Shown here: piece by piece, positions 10,680 through 22,367 of the stretch
How the letters are laid out: the number at the start of each line of letters is the position of its first letter
Numbering within the stretch: position 1 is the stretch's first letter
From: Cyclobacteriaceae bacterium
GTDB taxonomy: Bacteria > Bacteroidota > Bacteroidia > Cytophagales > Cyclobacteriaceae
Assembly (NCBI GenBank): GCA_040222275.1
Contig: JAVKDJ010000013.1
Coordinates: 176,504-240,503, forward strand
Reading direction: 5' to 3'
DNA: 64,000 nucleotides
Notes under the pieces: generated by a model
Databases searched by the model: none
Seen by the model: only the letters and a program-made list of their open reading frames with translations
Told to the model about the DNA's origin: nothing
Made by a program: the position numbers and the translations under genes

Positions 10680-12146
10680 TTGGCCCAACTGCTGAAAGAC
10701 ATATTGTACAATGTAAATCTCAAGACAGTATCAGGTGATATGAATACTGCTATAAGTACTGTCGGCTTTGACTCGCGAGAGTCAAAGCCCGGCAGCTTAT
10801 TTGTAGCAGTAAAAGGCACCCAGGTAGATGGACATGAATACATCGACAAAGCCCTGGACAAAGGTGCTGTGGCTATTGTGTGTGAAAAGCTCCCTAAGAA
10901 ATTTCGCCCAGAAGTTACCTATGTGGAAACCTCCGATAGCAGCCATGCCCTTGGGGTCATCTGCGCTAATTTTTACGAGAATCCTTCAAAAAAAATAAAA
11001 CTGGTGGCCATCACCGGCACCAATGGCAAAACCACTACGGCTACCTTACTGTACAACCTTTTTAGAAGTTTGGGTTACGGTACGGGCTTGTTGTCAACAG
11101 TGAAAAACTATGTAAATGGCAAGGAAATAGCTGCCAGCCACACTACACCAGATCCTGTTAGCCTCAATGAGTTGCTGGCACAAATGGTAAAAGAGGGTTG
11201 CACCCATGCTTTTATGGAAGTGAGCTCCCACGCCATTGACCAAAACCGTGTAGCGGGCATCAATTTCCGGGGGGCTGTTTTTACCAATATCACCCACGAC
11301 CACCTCGACTACCACAAAACTTTTGACAACTACATTACCGCCAAAAAGAAATTATTCGACCAGTTGTCACCATCCGCTTTTGCGTTGGTGAACCTCGATG
11401 ACAAACGGGGGCAGATTATGCTGCAGAATACACGGGCGCACAAATTTACCTATGGACTAAAGTTCCTTTCCGACTTCAAAGCCAGGATTGTGACGGATTC
11501 CCTCCAAGGCCTGGAACTGGAAATAGACGGGCATGATGTGTGGTTTAAACTGATAGGAAAATTCAACGCATACAACATCCTGGCCGCTTATGCTACTGGT
11601 GTTTTGTTGGATGAAGAGAAAGGTGATTTGCTCACCTCCCTTTCGGGTGCTATGGCCGCACCGGGCAGGTTTGAGCAGGTGAGTGTAGGGAGTGGGGTTA
11701 TCGCCATTGTGGATTATGCCCATACCCCGGATGCACTGGAAAATGTACTTCAAACGATCAATTCGTTCAGGACCAGAAGTGAGCAGATGATCACTATAGT
11801 GGGATGTGGAGGAGATCGCGACAAAGGAAAAAGGCCTATAATGGCCTCCATAGCCGTAAAGTGGAGCGACAAGGTGATTTTCACCAACGACAATCCACGC
11901 AATGAAGACCCGGATGAAATCATCAAAGATATGCAGGCAGGGGTGGGCAAGACCTATGAAAAGAAGACATTGGTGATCAATGACAGGCGGGAGGCCATCA
12001 AAACGGCCTGTTCGATGGCTGGTGAAAGAGATATTATCCTGGTGGCAGGCAAAGGCCATGAGGATTATCAGGAAATCAAAGGGGTGAAGCACCATTTTGA
12101 TGACCGGGAGGTTTTAAGGGAAATGCTGGAAATGTTTAAAAATTAA
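10680..12146 (+). CDS. murE: UDP-MurNAc-tripeptide synthetase (TTG start)
   Basis: GTNGKTT, MEVSSH, DYAHTPD, DNPR motif (mDAP-type). Confidence 0.96.
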   Translation: MAQLLKDILYNVNLKTVSGDMNTAISTVGFDSRESKPGSLFVAVKGTQVDGHEYIDKALDKGAVAIVCEKLPKKFRPEVTYVETSDSSHALGVICANFYENPSKKIKLVAITGTNGKTTTATLLYNLFRSLGYGTGLLSTVKNYVNGKEIAASHTTPDPVSLNELLAQMVKEGCTHAFMEVSSHAIDQNRVAGINFRGAVFTNITHDHLDYHKTFDNYITAKKKLFDQLSPSAFALVNLDDKRGQIMLQNTRAHKFTYGLKFLSDFKARIVTDSLQGLELEIDGHDVWFKLIGKFNAYNILAAYATGVLLDEEKGDLLTSLSGAMAAPGRFEQVSVGSGVIAIVDYAHTPDALENVLQTINSFRTRSEQMITIVGCGGDRDKGKRPIMASIAVKWSDKVIFTNDNPRNEDPDEIIKDMQAGVGKTYEKKTLVINDRREAIKTACSMAGERDIILVAGKGHEDYQEIKGVKHHFDDREVLREMLEMFKN

Positions 12147-12154
12147 AAAGGGCA

Positions 12155-13366
12155 ATGCTATACTACTTATTCGATTTTTTGGATAAACAATTCGACCTGA
12201 TAGGTGCTGGTCTGTTTCAGTTCATCTCATTCAGGGCTGGCATGGCGGTAGTGATTTCATTGCTCATTACGGTAGCTTTTGGGAAAACCCTCATAGGCAT
12301 TCTTCATCGCTTTCAAATGGGCGAATCAATCCGTGACCTGGGCCTGGAAGGACAAATGGAAAAGAAAGGTACCCCTACCATGGGCGGGCTGATCATTATA
12401 GCTGCCATTTTGATTCCGGTACTGTTGGTTTCAAAACTTGATAATATATATGTCATCCTTTTGCTGGTGACAACCGTTTGGATGGGGCTGATTGGCTTTC
12501 TGGATGACTACCTGAAAGTGAAGAAAAACAACAAAGAAGGCTTGTCGGGCAAGTTGAAAATAGTCGGCCAGGTAGGAATAGGCCTGATCGTAGGGGTGAC
12601 TATGGTGATGCACGACGATATCGTGGTAAGGGAATTTCAGGAAACACCTCCCGCTCAGGAAAAGACGCAAAAGTATAAGGCCTTTGAAGACATTCAATCT
12701 TCCATTACCACCATTCCTTTTGTGAAAGACAATGAATTCGACTACAAATGGCTGCTCCCTTCCTTTCTGGAAGATTATACCAATGTTTTGTATGTGATAG
12801 CGGTCATTTTTATTGTAACAGCGGTGTCCAACGGAGCTAACATAACAGACGGGTTGGATGGCCTGGCAGCAGGTACTTCTGCTATTATCGGACTTACACT
12901 GGCCATATTGGCCTATCTCTCAGGTAACGTCATCTTCTCCGACTACCTCAACATCATGTACATCCCCGATTCGGGAGAGTTGGTGATATTTTGTACAGCA
13001 TTTGTAGGTGCATGCGTAGGGTTTCTCTGGTACAATTCCCATCCCGCTCAGGTATTCATGGGCGACACAGGGAGTTTGTCGATAGGTGGTATCATAGCCG
13101 TACTGGCATTGGTGATAAGAAAGGAACTGCTGATTCCGGTGCTTTGTGGGATATTTCTCATAGAAAACATATCGGTAATGATGCAGGTAGCTTATTTCAA
13201 GCATACCAAAAAGAAATATGGAGAAGGCAGGCGTATTTTTAAAATGGCACCACTGCACCACCATTATCAGAAACTTGGGCTGCATGAAACGAAGATCGTT
13301 ACCCGGTTTTGGATAACCGGAATACTGCTGGCAATTTTTACATTGGCAACATTAAAAGTAAGGTAA
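12155..13366 (+). CDS. mraY: Phospho-MurNAc-pentapeptide transferase
   Basis: [39 protein letters not shown]. Confidence 0.97.
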   Translation: MLYYLFDFLDKQFDLIGAGLFQFISFRAGMAVVISLLITVAFGKTLIGILHRFQMGESIRDLGLEGQMEKKGTPTMGGLIIIAAILIPVLLVSKLDNIYVILLLVTTVWMGLIGFLDDYLKVKKNNKEGLSGKLKIVGQVGIGLIVGVTMVMHDDIVVREFQETPPAQEKTQKYKAFEDIQSSITTIPFVKDNEFDYKWLLPSFLEDYTNVLYVIAVIFIVTAVSNGANITDGLDGLAAGTSAIIGLTLAILAYLSGNVIFSDYLNIMYIPDSGELVIFCTAFVGACVGFLWYNSHPAQVFMGDTGSLSIGGIIAVLALVIRKELLIPVLCGIFLIENISVMMQVAYFKHTKKKYGEGRRIFKMAPLHHHYQKLGLHETKIVTRFWITGILLAIFTLATLKVR

Positions 13367-13370
13367 GGAG

Positions 13371-14747
13371 TTGAGGAACAATAAATACCATAGTGTAGCA
13401 ATTTTAGGAAGCGGTGAGAGCGGCATGGGCGCGGCATTCCTTGCTCATAGCAAGCGAGTGAATGTGTTTTTGTCAGATTCAGGAGCAATTGATCCTGATA
13501 AAAAGGCTATGTTGCTGGACAAAGGAATAGAGTTTGAGGAAAATGGCCATACCATTGACCACCTGCTCAATTTTGATGAAATCATCAAGAGTCCTGGAAT
13601 ACCTGAAAAGGTACCGGTAGTACAAGCTTTAAGGGCAGCAGATAAACCTATAATCTCGGAGATAGAATTTGCGAGCAGATATACCAAGGCAAAATTGGTA
13701 GCGATCACTGGTTCCAATGGGAAAACGACTACCACCCTGCTCACTTATCACCTGCTAAAATCGGCAGGATTGAATGTGGGCCTTGCAGGCAATATTGGCA
13801 ACAGCCTGGCTGGATTGCTGCTCGAATCAGACTATGATATCATAGTGTTGGAACTGAGCAGTTTCCAATTGGATGGCATGTACGATTTCAAGGCAGACAC
13901 TTCTGTGCTCTTGAATATAACACCAGACCATCTAGACAGGTACAACTATGACATCAGCCAGTATGCAGATTCAAAGCTCCGTATTGTTCAGAACCAGGAT
14001 GACAAAAACCTTTTCGTTTTCAACCTTGATGATGCTTTAGTTGGTGAAAAAATCAGTGAGAAAAATATAGAAGCAGAACAGGCAGGGTTTTCACTTGAAG
14101 CCGGTGCATCAGGAGCTGTTGCCAGATTGGAACGGGACCAGTTAGTTTTTGACGGTTTTTCCATCCCAAAAGAAGATATTCCTCTAATTGGCAGGCACAA
14201 CCTGTACAACACCATGGCTGCCGTGTTGATAGCTACCAGATATGGAGTAAGTGCAGCAAATATTCTTGCAGGCCTGAGAACATTCCAAAACGCCCCACAC
14301 CGATTGGAGTATGTGGCTACTATCGATGGGGTGAAATTCATCAACGACTCCAAGGCCACCAATGTGGACTCTGTTTATTATGCACTGGATGGTGTGGATG
14401 GCCAGGTGGTATGGATTGCCGGAGGTGTGAACAAAGGAAACGACTATGCCCCGATAAAGGAATTGGTTGCAGATAAGGTGAAAGCTTTGATTTGCCTGGG
14501 AGTGGACAACAAGCATCTGCTGGATGCTTTCGGTGGCAAAATAAAATCGGTGCTGGAAACTCAAGATATTGATCAATGTGTAGAAGAGGCATTGGGAATG
14601 GCAGCTCAAGGGGACGTGGTATTGCTGTCTCCGGCATGTGCGAGTTTTGACCTCTTCAACAACTACGAACACCGGGGCGACCAATTTAAGGAGGCAGTAC
14701 TTGACTTAAAAAAAAACTTCAAAACTGAGAAAACACTTGTAGTATGA
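13371..14747 (+). CDS. murD: UDP-MurNAc-L-Ala:D-Glu ligase (TTG start)
   Basis: GSNGKTTT, ELSSFQL, NDSKATN, SPACASFD. Confidence 0.96.
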   Translation: MRNNKYHSVAILGSGESGMGAAFLAHSKRVNVFLSDSGAIDPDKKAMLLDKGIEFEENGHTIDHLLNFDEIIKSPGIPEKVPVVQALRAADKPIISEIEFASRYTKAKLVAITGSNGKTTTTLLTYHLLKSAGLNVGLAGNIGNSLAGLLLESDYDIIVLELSSFQLDGMYDFKADTSVLLNITPDHLDRYNYDISQYADSKLRIVQNQDDKNLFVFNLDDALVGEKISEKNIEAEQAGFSLEAGASGAVARLERDQLVFDGFSIPKEDIPLIGRHNLYNTMAAVLIATRYGVSAANILAGLRTFQNAPHRLEYVATIDGVKFINDSKATNVDSVYYALDGVDGQVVWIAGGVNKGNDYAPIKELVADKVKALICLGVDNKHLLDAFGGKIKSVLETQDIDQCVEEALGMAAQGDVVLLSPACASFDLFNNYEHRGDQFKEAVLDLKKNFKTEKTLVV

Positions 14748-15907
14748 TCAAGCAATGGGCAGATAGGCATATTCAGGGTGATCCGGTAATCTGGTTCATA
14801 GTATTGGCATTGTCCATACTTAGTGTATTGGTGGTGTACAGTGCCACAGGTACCTTGGCCTATTCCCAGATGGAAGGCAACACAGAACATTACCTGTTCA
14901 AACATTCTTCGTTCATGCTCCTGAGTTTGTTTGCGATGTGGGTAGCACATAAAATTGATTATCGTTACTACGCCAAGTTGTCCAGATTGGCGCTGTGGCT
15001 GTGTGTGCCATTGTTGTTTGTTACATGGAAATTTGGCCTCAATATCAATGAAGCATCCAGATGGATTACCATTCCCCTGATCAACCAGGCTTTTCAGCCT
15101 TCCGACCTGGCAAAATTTGCCTTGATTGTTACCCTGGCTTCTATGCTTGCCAAGCGGCAAAACAATATCGACAATGTAAAAGAGTCGCTCATACCTATGC
15201 TACTCTGGATTGGTGCCATCTGCGGCCTGATCGCCATGTCCAATTTCTCCACAGCCATTTTGGTGTTCACTACCTGCATGTTGATGTTGTTTATAGGCAG
15301 GGTACCCACCAAATACCTTATTATGCTTGTGGCTATTGGATTGGTAGCAGGCGGGATTGCCCTGGCCTTGGGACAAAGGGCGGAAACAGTAATGAGCAGG
15401 ATAACGGCTTATGTTACCGCCGAAGAAGTACCTTTTCAGGCCGAGCAATCATACATTGCCATAGCCTCCGGTGGCATCCAGGGGTTAGGCCCTGGCAAAA
15501 GCCATCAAAGAAATTTTCTACCCCACCCTTATTCAGATTTTATTTATGCCATAGTCATAGAAGAATATGGAATGATCGGGGGAGTGTTTGTATTGTTCCT
15601 CTACCTGGCTTTGCTCTACCGGGGCACGAGGGTAGTATCTACAAGTGAACGCACTTACGGAGGGTTGTTGTCGGCAGGATTGAGTTTTGCATTGGTACTG
15701 CAAGCGATGGTCAACATGGGAGTGGCAGTAGGGCTGGGGCCCATTACAGGCCTCACATTGCCCCTGGTCAGTATGGGGGGTACCTCGCAGTTGTTCACAG
15801 GAGTTGCATTGGGTATCATACTGAGTGTGAGCCGTGGAGAGGTAGAGGAAGCCGCAAGTACGCAGACATCCGGAAATAAGTTTAGAGCAGAATTGGAAAC
15901 AGCATAA
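14744..15907 (+). CDS. ftsW: SEDS peptidoglycan polymerase FtsW
   Basis: QPSDLAK, SDFIYAIVIEEYG, PLVSMGGTS; dcw position. Confidence 0.93.
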   Translation: MIKQWADRHIQGDPVIWFIVLALSILSVLVVYSATGTLAYSQMEGNTEHYLFKHSSFMLLSLFAMWVAHKIDYRYYAKLSRLALWLCVPLLFVTWKFGLNINEASRWITIPLINQAFQPSDLAKFALIVTLASMLAKRQNNIDNVKESLIPMLLWIGAICGLIAMSNFSTAILVFTTCMLMLFIGRVPTKYLIMLVAIGLVAGGIALALGQRAETVMSRITAYVTAEEVPFQAEQSYIAIASGGIQGLGPGKSHQRNFLPHPYSDFIYAIVIEEYGMIGGVFVLFLYLALLYRGTRVVSTSERTYGGLLSAGLSFALVLQAMVNMGVAVGLGPITGLTLPLVSMGGTSQLFTGVALGIILSVSRGEVEEAASTQTSGNKFRAELETA

Positions 15908-17017
15908 ATGGCAGCTAAGGCAACATATCGCATCATGATCAGCGGAGGAGGTACCGGGGGGCATATCTACCCTGCCATAGCCATAGCCAATGCCTTGACC
16001 CAAATCGAACGTGATATCGAAATACTTTTTGTAGGGGCAAAAGGCAAAATGGAGATGGAAAAAGTGCCTGAAGCCGGTTACAGGATAATTGGCTTGTGGA
16101 TCAGCGGTATCCAGAGAAGCCTGACCATAGACAACCTGTCTTTCCCTTTCAAGTTGATTTCCAGTATTTGGAAGTCTTTCAAATTGCTAAAGGAGTTTAA
16201 GCCGGATGCAGTGGTCGGGGTAGGCGGATATGCCAGTGGGCCGTTGTTGTATGCCGCCACCCAAAAAGGGATACCGTCTTTGATCCAGGAACAAAATGCC
16301 TTTGCCGGCATCACCAATAAACTGCTGGCCAAAAAAGTGCAAAAAATATGTGTGGCCAATGAAGGCATGGATAAATTTTTCCCTGCCGATAGGATAATGC
16401 TCACCGGAAACCCCGTAAGGACAGACATTTTGAATGTTGACCAAAAAAGGGGACAGGCGTTGGAATTCTTTGGTTTTTCTACAGACAAGCCCGTTCTGAT
16501 GGTTTTGGGAGGAAGCCTTGGTGCCAGAACACTCAATGAATCGATTGTGTCCAATATAGATCAGCTGATAACAAAAGGAGTGCAGGTACTCTGGCAAACA
16601 GGCAAATTTTACTATGACGAAATGCTTGACCGGACCAGGGACAAGGAAATGACAGGGATAAAGGTGATGGCATTTTTGAAAGAAATGGATCTGGCTTATG
16701 CGGCGGCAGATGTCGTGATTTCCAGGGCTGGGGCTTTGTCTATTTCTGAATTGTGCCTTACCGGTAAGCCTGTGGTGTTTGTGCCTTCACCCAATGTGGC
16801 TGAAGACCACCAAACAAAAAACGCAGAGGCTTTGGTATCGAAGGATGCCGCTATAATGGTGAAAGACAGCCAGGCCAGGGAGCAACTGGTGTCTACCGCA
16901 TTGGGGCTGATCAACGATGAGCAGAGAAAAGAAACACTGTCAGCCAACATAAAGAAAATGGGCAGGCCAAATGCGGCCAAAGACATTGCCAATGAAATAC
17001 TGAAAATGATCGAATGA
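15908..17017 (+). CDS. murG: Lipid I GlcNAc transferase
   Basis: GGGTGGHIYP, GGYAS, EQNA, GNPVR, GGSLGA. Confidence 0.97.
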   Translation: MAAKATYRIMISGGGTGGHIYPAIAIANALTQIERDIEILFVGAKGKMEMEKVPEAGYRIIGLWISGIQRSLTIDNLSFPFKLISSIWKSFKLLKEFKPDAVVGVGGYASGPLLYAATQKGIPSLIQEQNAFAGITNKLLAKKVQKICVANEGMDKFFPADRIMLTGNPVRTDILNVDQKRGQALEFFGFSTDKPVLMVLGGSLGARTLNESIVSNIDQLITKGVQVLWQTGKFYYDEMLDRTRDKEMTGIKVMAFLKEMDLAYAAADVVISRAGALSISELCLTGKPVVFVPSPNVAEDHQTKNAEALVSKDAAIMVKDSQAREQLVSTALGLINDEQRKETLSANIKKMGRPNAAKDIANEILKMIE

Positions 17018-18399
17018 AGCTGAAGGACATACATAGCGTCTATTTTATAGGTATCGGTGGTATCGGTATGAGTGCGCTCGCCCGCTGGTTTAGGGCCAAC
17101 GGCTATTTTGTGGCCGGGTACGACAAGACACCTACCGTGTTGACCAGGACGCTGGAAGGTGAAGGTATTTCCATTCACTATACCGACGCTGTGGAAAATA
17201 TTCCAGCTGCAATTACAGCGGACAAAAGCAGCTCACTGATCGTTTATACGCCTGCTGTACCCAAAGACCATTTGGAGTACAATTTTTTGAAAGAGGCAGG
17301 GTTTGAAATCCTCAAGAGGTCGCAGGTATTGGGAGAGTTGACCAGGGACAATTTCACGATCGCTGTAGCCGGAACCCATGGGAAAACAACCACTTCCAGC
17401 ATCATTGCCCATATCCTGAAGTCTTCAGGGTTGAATTGCACAGCATTTGTTGGGGGCATCATGGCCAACTATGACTCCAACCTGATCATCGGCAAGGAAG
17501 GTGATGACAATATTATTGTAGTGGAGGCCGATGAATTTGACCGGTCGTTTCTGACCCTAAGCCCGGATGTAGCCATTATTACTGCTGTAGATGCCGACCA
17601 TCTTGATATCTATGGTTCGGCTGATTCCCTCAAGAGTAGTTTCAGGGATTTTATTGGCAACATGAAAAAGAACGGGAAACTGTTCATAGAAGAAAGGGCA
17701 GCCAAAAAGATGGACCTTGCTGGCGATGGAGACATCAAATACGAAACTTACGGACTGAATGGGGGGACGATCCAATCGACAGGAGTGAGAGTGGAAGACG
17801 GGGTGTTTGTTTTTGGCCTTCAGCGGTCAGGGAAGTCCTTTGATCGAATGAAATTGTTCCTGCCAGGGTTTCACAATGTTGAAAACTGTCTGGCCGCAAT
17901 TGCCGTGGCTGATGAATTGAATATTGCATCTGGGGATATAAAAAAATCTATTGAAGGGTACAGGGGTGTAAAAAGGAGGTTTCAATACATTATTAAAAAT
18001 GACCATTTGGTGTTCATCGACGACTATGCACATCACCCCGAAGAAATCAACGCACTGCTGAAGTCTGTAAAAGCCCTTTTTCCAGAAAAGAAAATCACAG
18101 CGGTCTTTCAACCACATCTGTTTACCAGGACCAGGGATTTCGCTGACGGGTTCAGTGAAAGCCTGAGCCTGGCAGATGAAGTGATCCTTTTGGACATCTA
18201 CCCTGCCAGGGAACTTCCCATAACAGGAGTGGATTCGCATATGCTACTGGCCAAAATAGCCTCCAAACGAAAATATGTGTGCAGTAAAAATGACCTCATA
18301 GATAAACTAAAAGGGCACGACTTGCAAGTGCTGTTGACCATTGGTGCAGGGGACATAGATGCTTTGGTAGAGCCTATAAAAAATGCTTTGGAATCATGA
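17014..18399 (+). CDS. murC: UDP-MurNAc:L-Ala ligase
   Basis: GIGGIGMS, GTHGKTTT, EADEFD, DDYAHHP. Confidence 0.97.
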   Translation: MKLKDIHSVYFIGIGGIGMSALARWFRANGYFVAGYDKTPTVLTRTLEGEGISIHYTDAVENIPAAITADKSSSLIVYTPAVPKDHLEYNFLKEAGFEILKRSQVLGELTRDNFTIAVAGTHGKTTTSSIIAHILKSSGLNCTAFVGGIMANYDSNLIIGKEGDDNIIVVEADEFDRSFLTLSPDVAIITAVDADHLDIYGSADSLKSSFRDFIGNMKKNGKLFIEERAAKKMDLAGDGDIKYETYGLNGGTIQSTGVRVEDGVFVFGLQRSGKSFDRMKLFLPGFHNVENCLAAIAVADELNIASGDIKKSIEGYRGVKRRFQYIIKNDHLVFIDDYAHHPEEINALLKSVKALFPEKKITAVFQPHLFTRTRDFADGFSESLSLADEVILLDIYPARELPITGVDSHMLLAKIASKRKYVCSKNDLIDKLKGHDLQVLLTIGAGDIDALVEPIKNALES

Positions 18400-19160
18400 A
18401 AATCGATTATACCATATTGAAACCTTTCAAATACCTCATTGTGGTGTTTATACTTTTTATACTGATTGGGTTTGCCAATAAAAAACAGAGAGGCCGATAT
18501 GTCCAGGATGTGGTGGTAAACATCGACAACCAATTTGAAAACTATTTTATCGACCAGAGCGATGTTTACGACCTGATACATGAAACAGGCAAGAGCTACC
18601 TGCTCAACCTTGATATTGGGAGGTTGGAGCTAAAAGAAATCGAAAGAAAGATAGAATCGCACCGTTTTGTTGGTGAGGCGGAGGTATATCACGACCTGAA
18701 TGGCAGGCTCACAATAGATGTGAAGCAAAACCGTCCGATCGCACGGATTTTAAATGAAAGGGGAGCGGACCGCTATATTGGCACTACCGGGCTGATCTTG
18801 CCGATATCCAATCACTACACGGCCAGGGTGCCGCTCATTAGAGTCCACAAAGGTGTACAGTATTCCAGCGAGAATATAGGCGATACAGAAGAAGGGCTAG
18901 AGCTGTTTGAAATGCTCACCTTTATAGAAAATGATCCATTTTGGAAGGCACAGGTAGCCGGTATAGATATAGACAAAAACCATGAATTGACCATTCACCC
19001 CCAGGTAACCAAACAACTCGTGATGTTTGGCCCGGCCAAGGGGTTTATGGACAAGTTCAAAAGACTGAACGTCTTTTATAAGGAAATCCTGCCCAATAAA
19101 GGGTGGAACAATTACTCAGAAGTGAATTTAAAATATGAAAACCAAATCGTTTGTAAATAA
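18396..19160 (+). CDS. ftsQ: Cell division protein FtsQ/DivIB
   Basis: N-terminal TM, POTRA-like region, position between murC and ftsA. Confidence 0.88.
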   Translation: MKIDYTILKPFKYLIVVFILFILIGFANKKQRGRYVQDVVVNIDNQFENYFIDQSDVYDLIHETGKSYLLNLDIGRLELKEIERKIESHRFVGEAEVYHDLNGRLTIDVKQNRPIARILNERGADRYIGTTGLILPISNHYTARVPLIRVHKGVQYSSENIGDTEEGLELFEMLTFIENDPFWKAQVAGIDIDKNHELTIHPQVTKQLVMFGPAKGFMDKFKRLNVFYKEILPNKGWNNYSEVNLKYENQIVCK

Positions 19161-19172
19161 ATAGTTTAAGGT

Positions 19173-20471
19173 ATGGAAGATCAAAAAATTATCGTTGGCC
19201 TTGATATTGGTACCACAAAAATTTGTGCCATAGTAGGCCGCAAAAACGAGTACGGCAAACTCGAAGTACTTGGTATGGGCAAGGCAGTTTCCGATGGGGT
19301 GATCCGCGGAATTGTGACCAATATAGACAAAACCATAAACTCTATCCAGAAGGCTGTAGCCCAGGCAGAAGAGCAATCAGGCATTGATATCCGGGTGGTA
19401 AACGTGGGCATAGCCGGACAGCACATCAGAAGTTCTGTGCACCATGGCTCTATAATCAGGGACTCCATCGACGATGAGATCACTGTGGAAGATGTGAACA
19501 GGCTTACGAATGATATGTACAAGATTGTGATACCACCTGGCAGTGAGATCATCCATGTTATGCCCCAGGACTACATCGTGGATTATGAGGATGGTATCAA
19601 AGATCCTGTTGGGATGTCGGGTATCCGGTTGGAAGCGGACTTTCATGTGATTACCGCGCAGACCAATGCCATCAACAACATCAACAAATGCGTACGACGA
19701 GCTGGTTTGGAAATTGACAACCTGGTGCTGGAACCTTTGGCTTCCAGCCTGGCAGTATTAAGCGATGAGGAAAAAGAAGCCGGGGTATGCCTGGTAGATA
19801 TTGGTGGTGGTACCACAGATGTGGCCATCTTCCATGAAAATATCATCCGTCACACCTCAGTCATTCCATTTGGCGGCAACATCATTACAAACGATATCAA
19901 AGATGGCTGCAATGTACTGAACCATCAGGCCGAATTGCTGAAAACAAGGTTTGGTCAAGCCCTGGCAGAAATGGCCAACGCCAACGAAATTATTTCCATA
20001 CCAGGCCTGAAAAACCGTGACCCCAAAGAGATTTCCATTAAAAACCTGGCCAGCATCATAGAAGCCAGAATGGAAGAAATCATAGAAATGGTGCACACCA
20101 AAATTATTACAAGTGGGTATGAAAACAAGCTGGCCGGTGGTATTGTTGTCACTGGAGGTGGGTCACAGTTGATCAGTCTGAAGCAATTGTTTGAGTACAT
20201 GACCGGGCTAGATGTAAGGATAGGTTATCCGAATGAGCACCTGGGCAAGAGCAAGGTAGATAGCATCAAGAGCCCGATGTTTGCCACATCTGTCGGTTTG
20301 GTATTGTGTGGTTATAAAGCCCTGGATGATCGGGAAAACAGGCTGATTGATACCAAAGCGATGAAAGGCAATGAAAAAGTAAGAAAGAATGGATCAACTG
20401 ATTCGATCCTGAAAAAAATACTGGAAAAAACCAAAGGGATTTTGATAGACGACATAGAAGACAAGGAGTAA
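19173..20471 (+). CDS. ftsA: Cell division protein FtsA
   Basis: GLDIGTTKI, DIGGGTT, VVTGGGS. Confidence 0.97.
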   Translation: MEDQKIIVGLDIGTTKICAIVGRKNEYGKLEVLGMGKAVSDGVIRGIVTNIDKTINSIQKAVAQAEEQSGIDIRVVNVGIAGQHIRSSVHHGSIIRDSIDDEITVEDVNRLTNDMYKIVIPPGSEIIHVMPQDYIVDYEDGIKDPVGMSGIRLEADFHVITAQTNAINNINKCVRRAGLEIDNLVLEPLASSLAVLSDEEKEAGVCLVDIGGGTTDVAIFHENIIRHTSVIPFGGNIITNDIKDGCNVLNHQAELLKTRFGQALAEMANANEIISIPGLKNRDPKEISIKNLASIIEARMEEIIEMVHTKIITSGYENKLAGGIVVTGGGSQLISLKQLFEYMTGLDVRIGYPNEHLGKSKVDSIKSPMFATSVGLVLCGYKALDDRENRLIDTKAMKGNEKVRKNGSTDSILKKILEKTKGILIDDIEDKE

Positions 20472-20472
20472 G

Positions 20473-20556
20473 CTGGGTACTGGTCTCTGGATACTGGATA
20501 CTGGATTCTAGATACTCAATACTCAATACTCAATACTTTGTACCTAATACCAAGTA
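20473..20556. repeat. 12 degenerate tandem heptamers (CTGGATA grading into CTCAATA)
   Basis: ctgggta ctggtct ctggata ctggata ctggatt ctagata ctcaata ctcaata ctcaata ctttgta cctaata ccaagta. Confidence 0.85.
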
Positions 20557-20595
20557 GAAGAAAATACAGGGAAATAAATTAAAACCATAAAAGTC

Positions 20596-22152
20596 ATGAC
20601 AGAAAGTACTTTTAAATTCGATTTACCCACCCACCATAAATCCATCATCAAGGTGATAGGAGTAGGGGGTGGAGGCAGTAATGCCGTTAACCACATGTAC
20701 AACCTCGGCATTAAAGATGTAGAATTCATCATTTGCAATACAGACTCCCAGGCGCTCAATAGTAGCCCTGTACCCAACAAATTGCAGATTGGTATCAACC
20801 TTACAGAGGGACTTGGAGCAGGGGCCAATCCTGAAAAAGGGAAGAATGCAGCCCTGGAAAACAGGGAAGACATACGCGATATGTTGCAGGAAGACACCAA
20901 AATGGTGTTTGTAACTGCCGGAATGGGCGGAGGTACCGGAACCGGTGCTGCCCCCATCATCGCCCAGGTAGCCAGGGAACTCGACATACTTACAGTAGGT
21001 ATAGTCACTGTGCCTTTTAAGTTTGAGGGCAAAAAGAAAATGAGGCAGGCCATGGAAGGGGTTCAGTCCCTGAAAGAAAACTGTGATACCGTCCTGGTAA
21101 TCCTCAATGATAAACTTACAGAAGCTTTTGGCAATTTGTCCGTAAGCCAGGCATTCGGCCAGGCAGACAATGTACTGACTACTGCCGCCAAGGGTATTGC
21201 AGAGATCATTACCGTACCGGGATATGTCAATGTCGATTTTGAAGATGTGAAAACCGTAATGAAAGATTCTGGTGCAGCCGTAATGGGTTCTGCCAAGACC
21301 ACCGGGGAAAGCCGTGCCAGAAGAGCGGCTGAAGAAGCCATCAATTCACCTCTGCTGAACAACCAAAATATTGAAGGTGCTGACAAAATATTGCTGTCAA
21401 TAATTTCCGGCGACCAGGCCGAGCTACAGATGGATGAGTTGACTGAAATTACTGATTTTATGCAGGAGATCGCCGGGGATGATGCCGAAGTGATATTTGG
21501 CCATGGTGTGGATCCGGAGTTGGGCGAAAGCATACGTGTCACTGTCATTGCTACAGGTTTTGCGGCAGAACAATCAACTGTCAACCTGGAAGTATTGGAA
21601 AAACCTGCCGAGCCAAACCCTGTGAACGGCGAGCCGGAAAAAAGGGTATTTGACCTGGAATCGAAAATGCAGATCAATAAATTCAAAGAAGAAATTCAAC
21701 GCGAGGTAGAAAGGGAAGACAAGGAAAAAGAACAGCGGATGGAGAGCAGGCAACAGTCTTTGTTTGAGTTTGAAATGCCTGAAAAGACCAACGAACCAAA
21801 AGATTTTGATTTTGAAACATCATTTGGTTTTGAATATGAAAAAAAGAATGTGGAAGAAGATGAGGATGCCCCATTGGAAGAGCTGGAGGGAATGGCCCAC
21901 AAGCCATCCAGAAAGGTTACCCTTATGGAGCAGTCAGAGATCAGAAGGCAAAAACTCCAAGGCATGAAAGATGATCAGTCTATGGATGCGGCCAGTTTCA
22001 AAGAAAAACTGGAAGTGCCCGCTTATCAGAGGAAAAAAATCGATTTTCAGAATGTACCAGCTGCATCAGAGCGGCTTATTTCCAGGTTCAACCTCAACGA
22101 TGACGATGAGTTGCTGGGCAATAACAAATTCCTTCACGACAATGTAGATTAA
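20596..22152 (+). CDS. ftsZ: Cell division GTPase FtsZ with long acidic linker
   Basis: GVGGGGSNAVN, GGGTGTG tubulin signature, C-terminal NKFLHDNVD. Confidence 0.98.
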   Translation: MTESTFKFDLPTHHKSIIKVIGVGGGGSNAVNHMYNLGIKDVEFIICNTDSQALNSSPVPNKLQIGINLTEGLGAGANPEKGKNAALENREDIRDMLQEDTKMVFVTAGMGGGTGTGAAPIIAQVARELDILTVGIVTVPFKFEGKKKMRQAMEGVQSLKENCDTVLVILNDKLTEAFGNLSVSQAFGQADNVLTTAAKGIAEIITVPGYVNVDFEDVKTVMKDSGAAVMGSAKTTGESRARRAAEEAINSPLLNNQNIEGADKILLSIISGDQAELQMDELTEITDFMQEIAGDDAEVIFGHGVDPELGESIRVTVIATGFAAEQSTVNLEVLEKPAEPNPVNGEPEKRVFDLESKMQINKFKEEIQREVEREDKEKEQRMESRQQSLFEFEMPEKTNEPKDFDFETSFGFEYEKKNVEEDEDAPLEELEGMAHKPSRKVTLMEQSEIRRQKLQGMKDDQSMDAASFKEKLEVPAYQRKKIDFQNVPAASERLISRFNLNDDDELLGNNKFLHDNVD

Positions 22153-22367
22153 ACGCATCAACCGGAATTGGCCATATCGGCCTTGTTCGGAATACCATGC
22201 TTCCCGGGATAGTACCGGTAGCATGCGATAAAGATTATTTTCTGTCAAATTTTCTTCTATGCGGGGCTGCATGCCTTCCTTGCAAGTGCCTGCGCCCCGC
22301 AATAGTTGAAAATTGAGAAAGCCCCGGTCCCCAAACCACAGGGACAAACACCTTTCCCAGGGCAATT

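Noticed and set aside
6859-22152. Absence of murF and ddl from the dcw cluster; TTG starts of murE and murD; long FtsZ linker
   Set aside because: Usual Bacteroidota organisation, not novel
22260-22301. GC-rich hairpin (tgcggggc / gccccgca) as an ncRNA
   Set aside because: No match to RNA families I can recognise; more simply a terminator between convergent ftsZ and the secreted-protein gene
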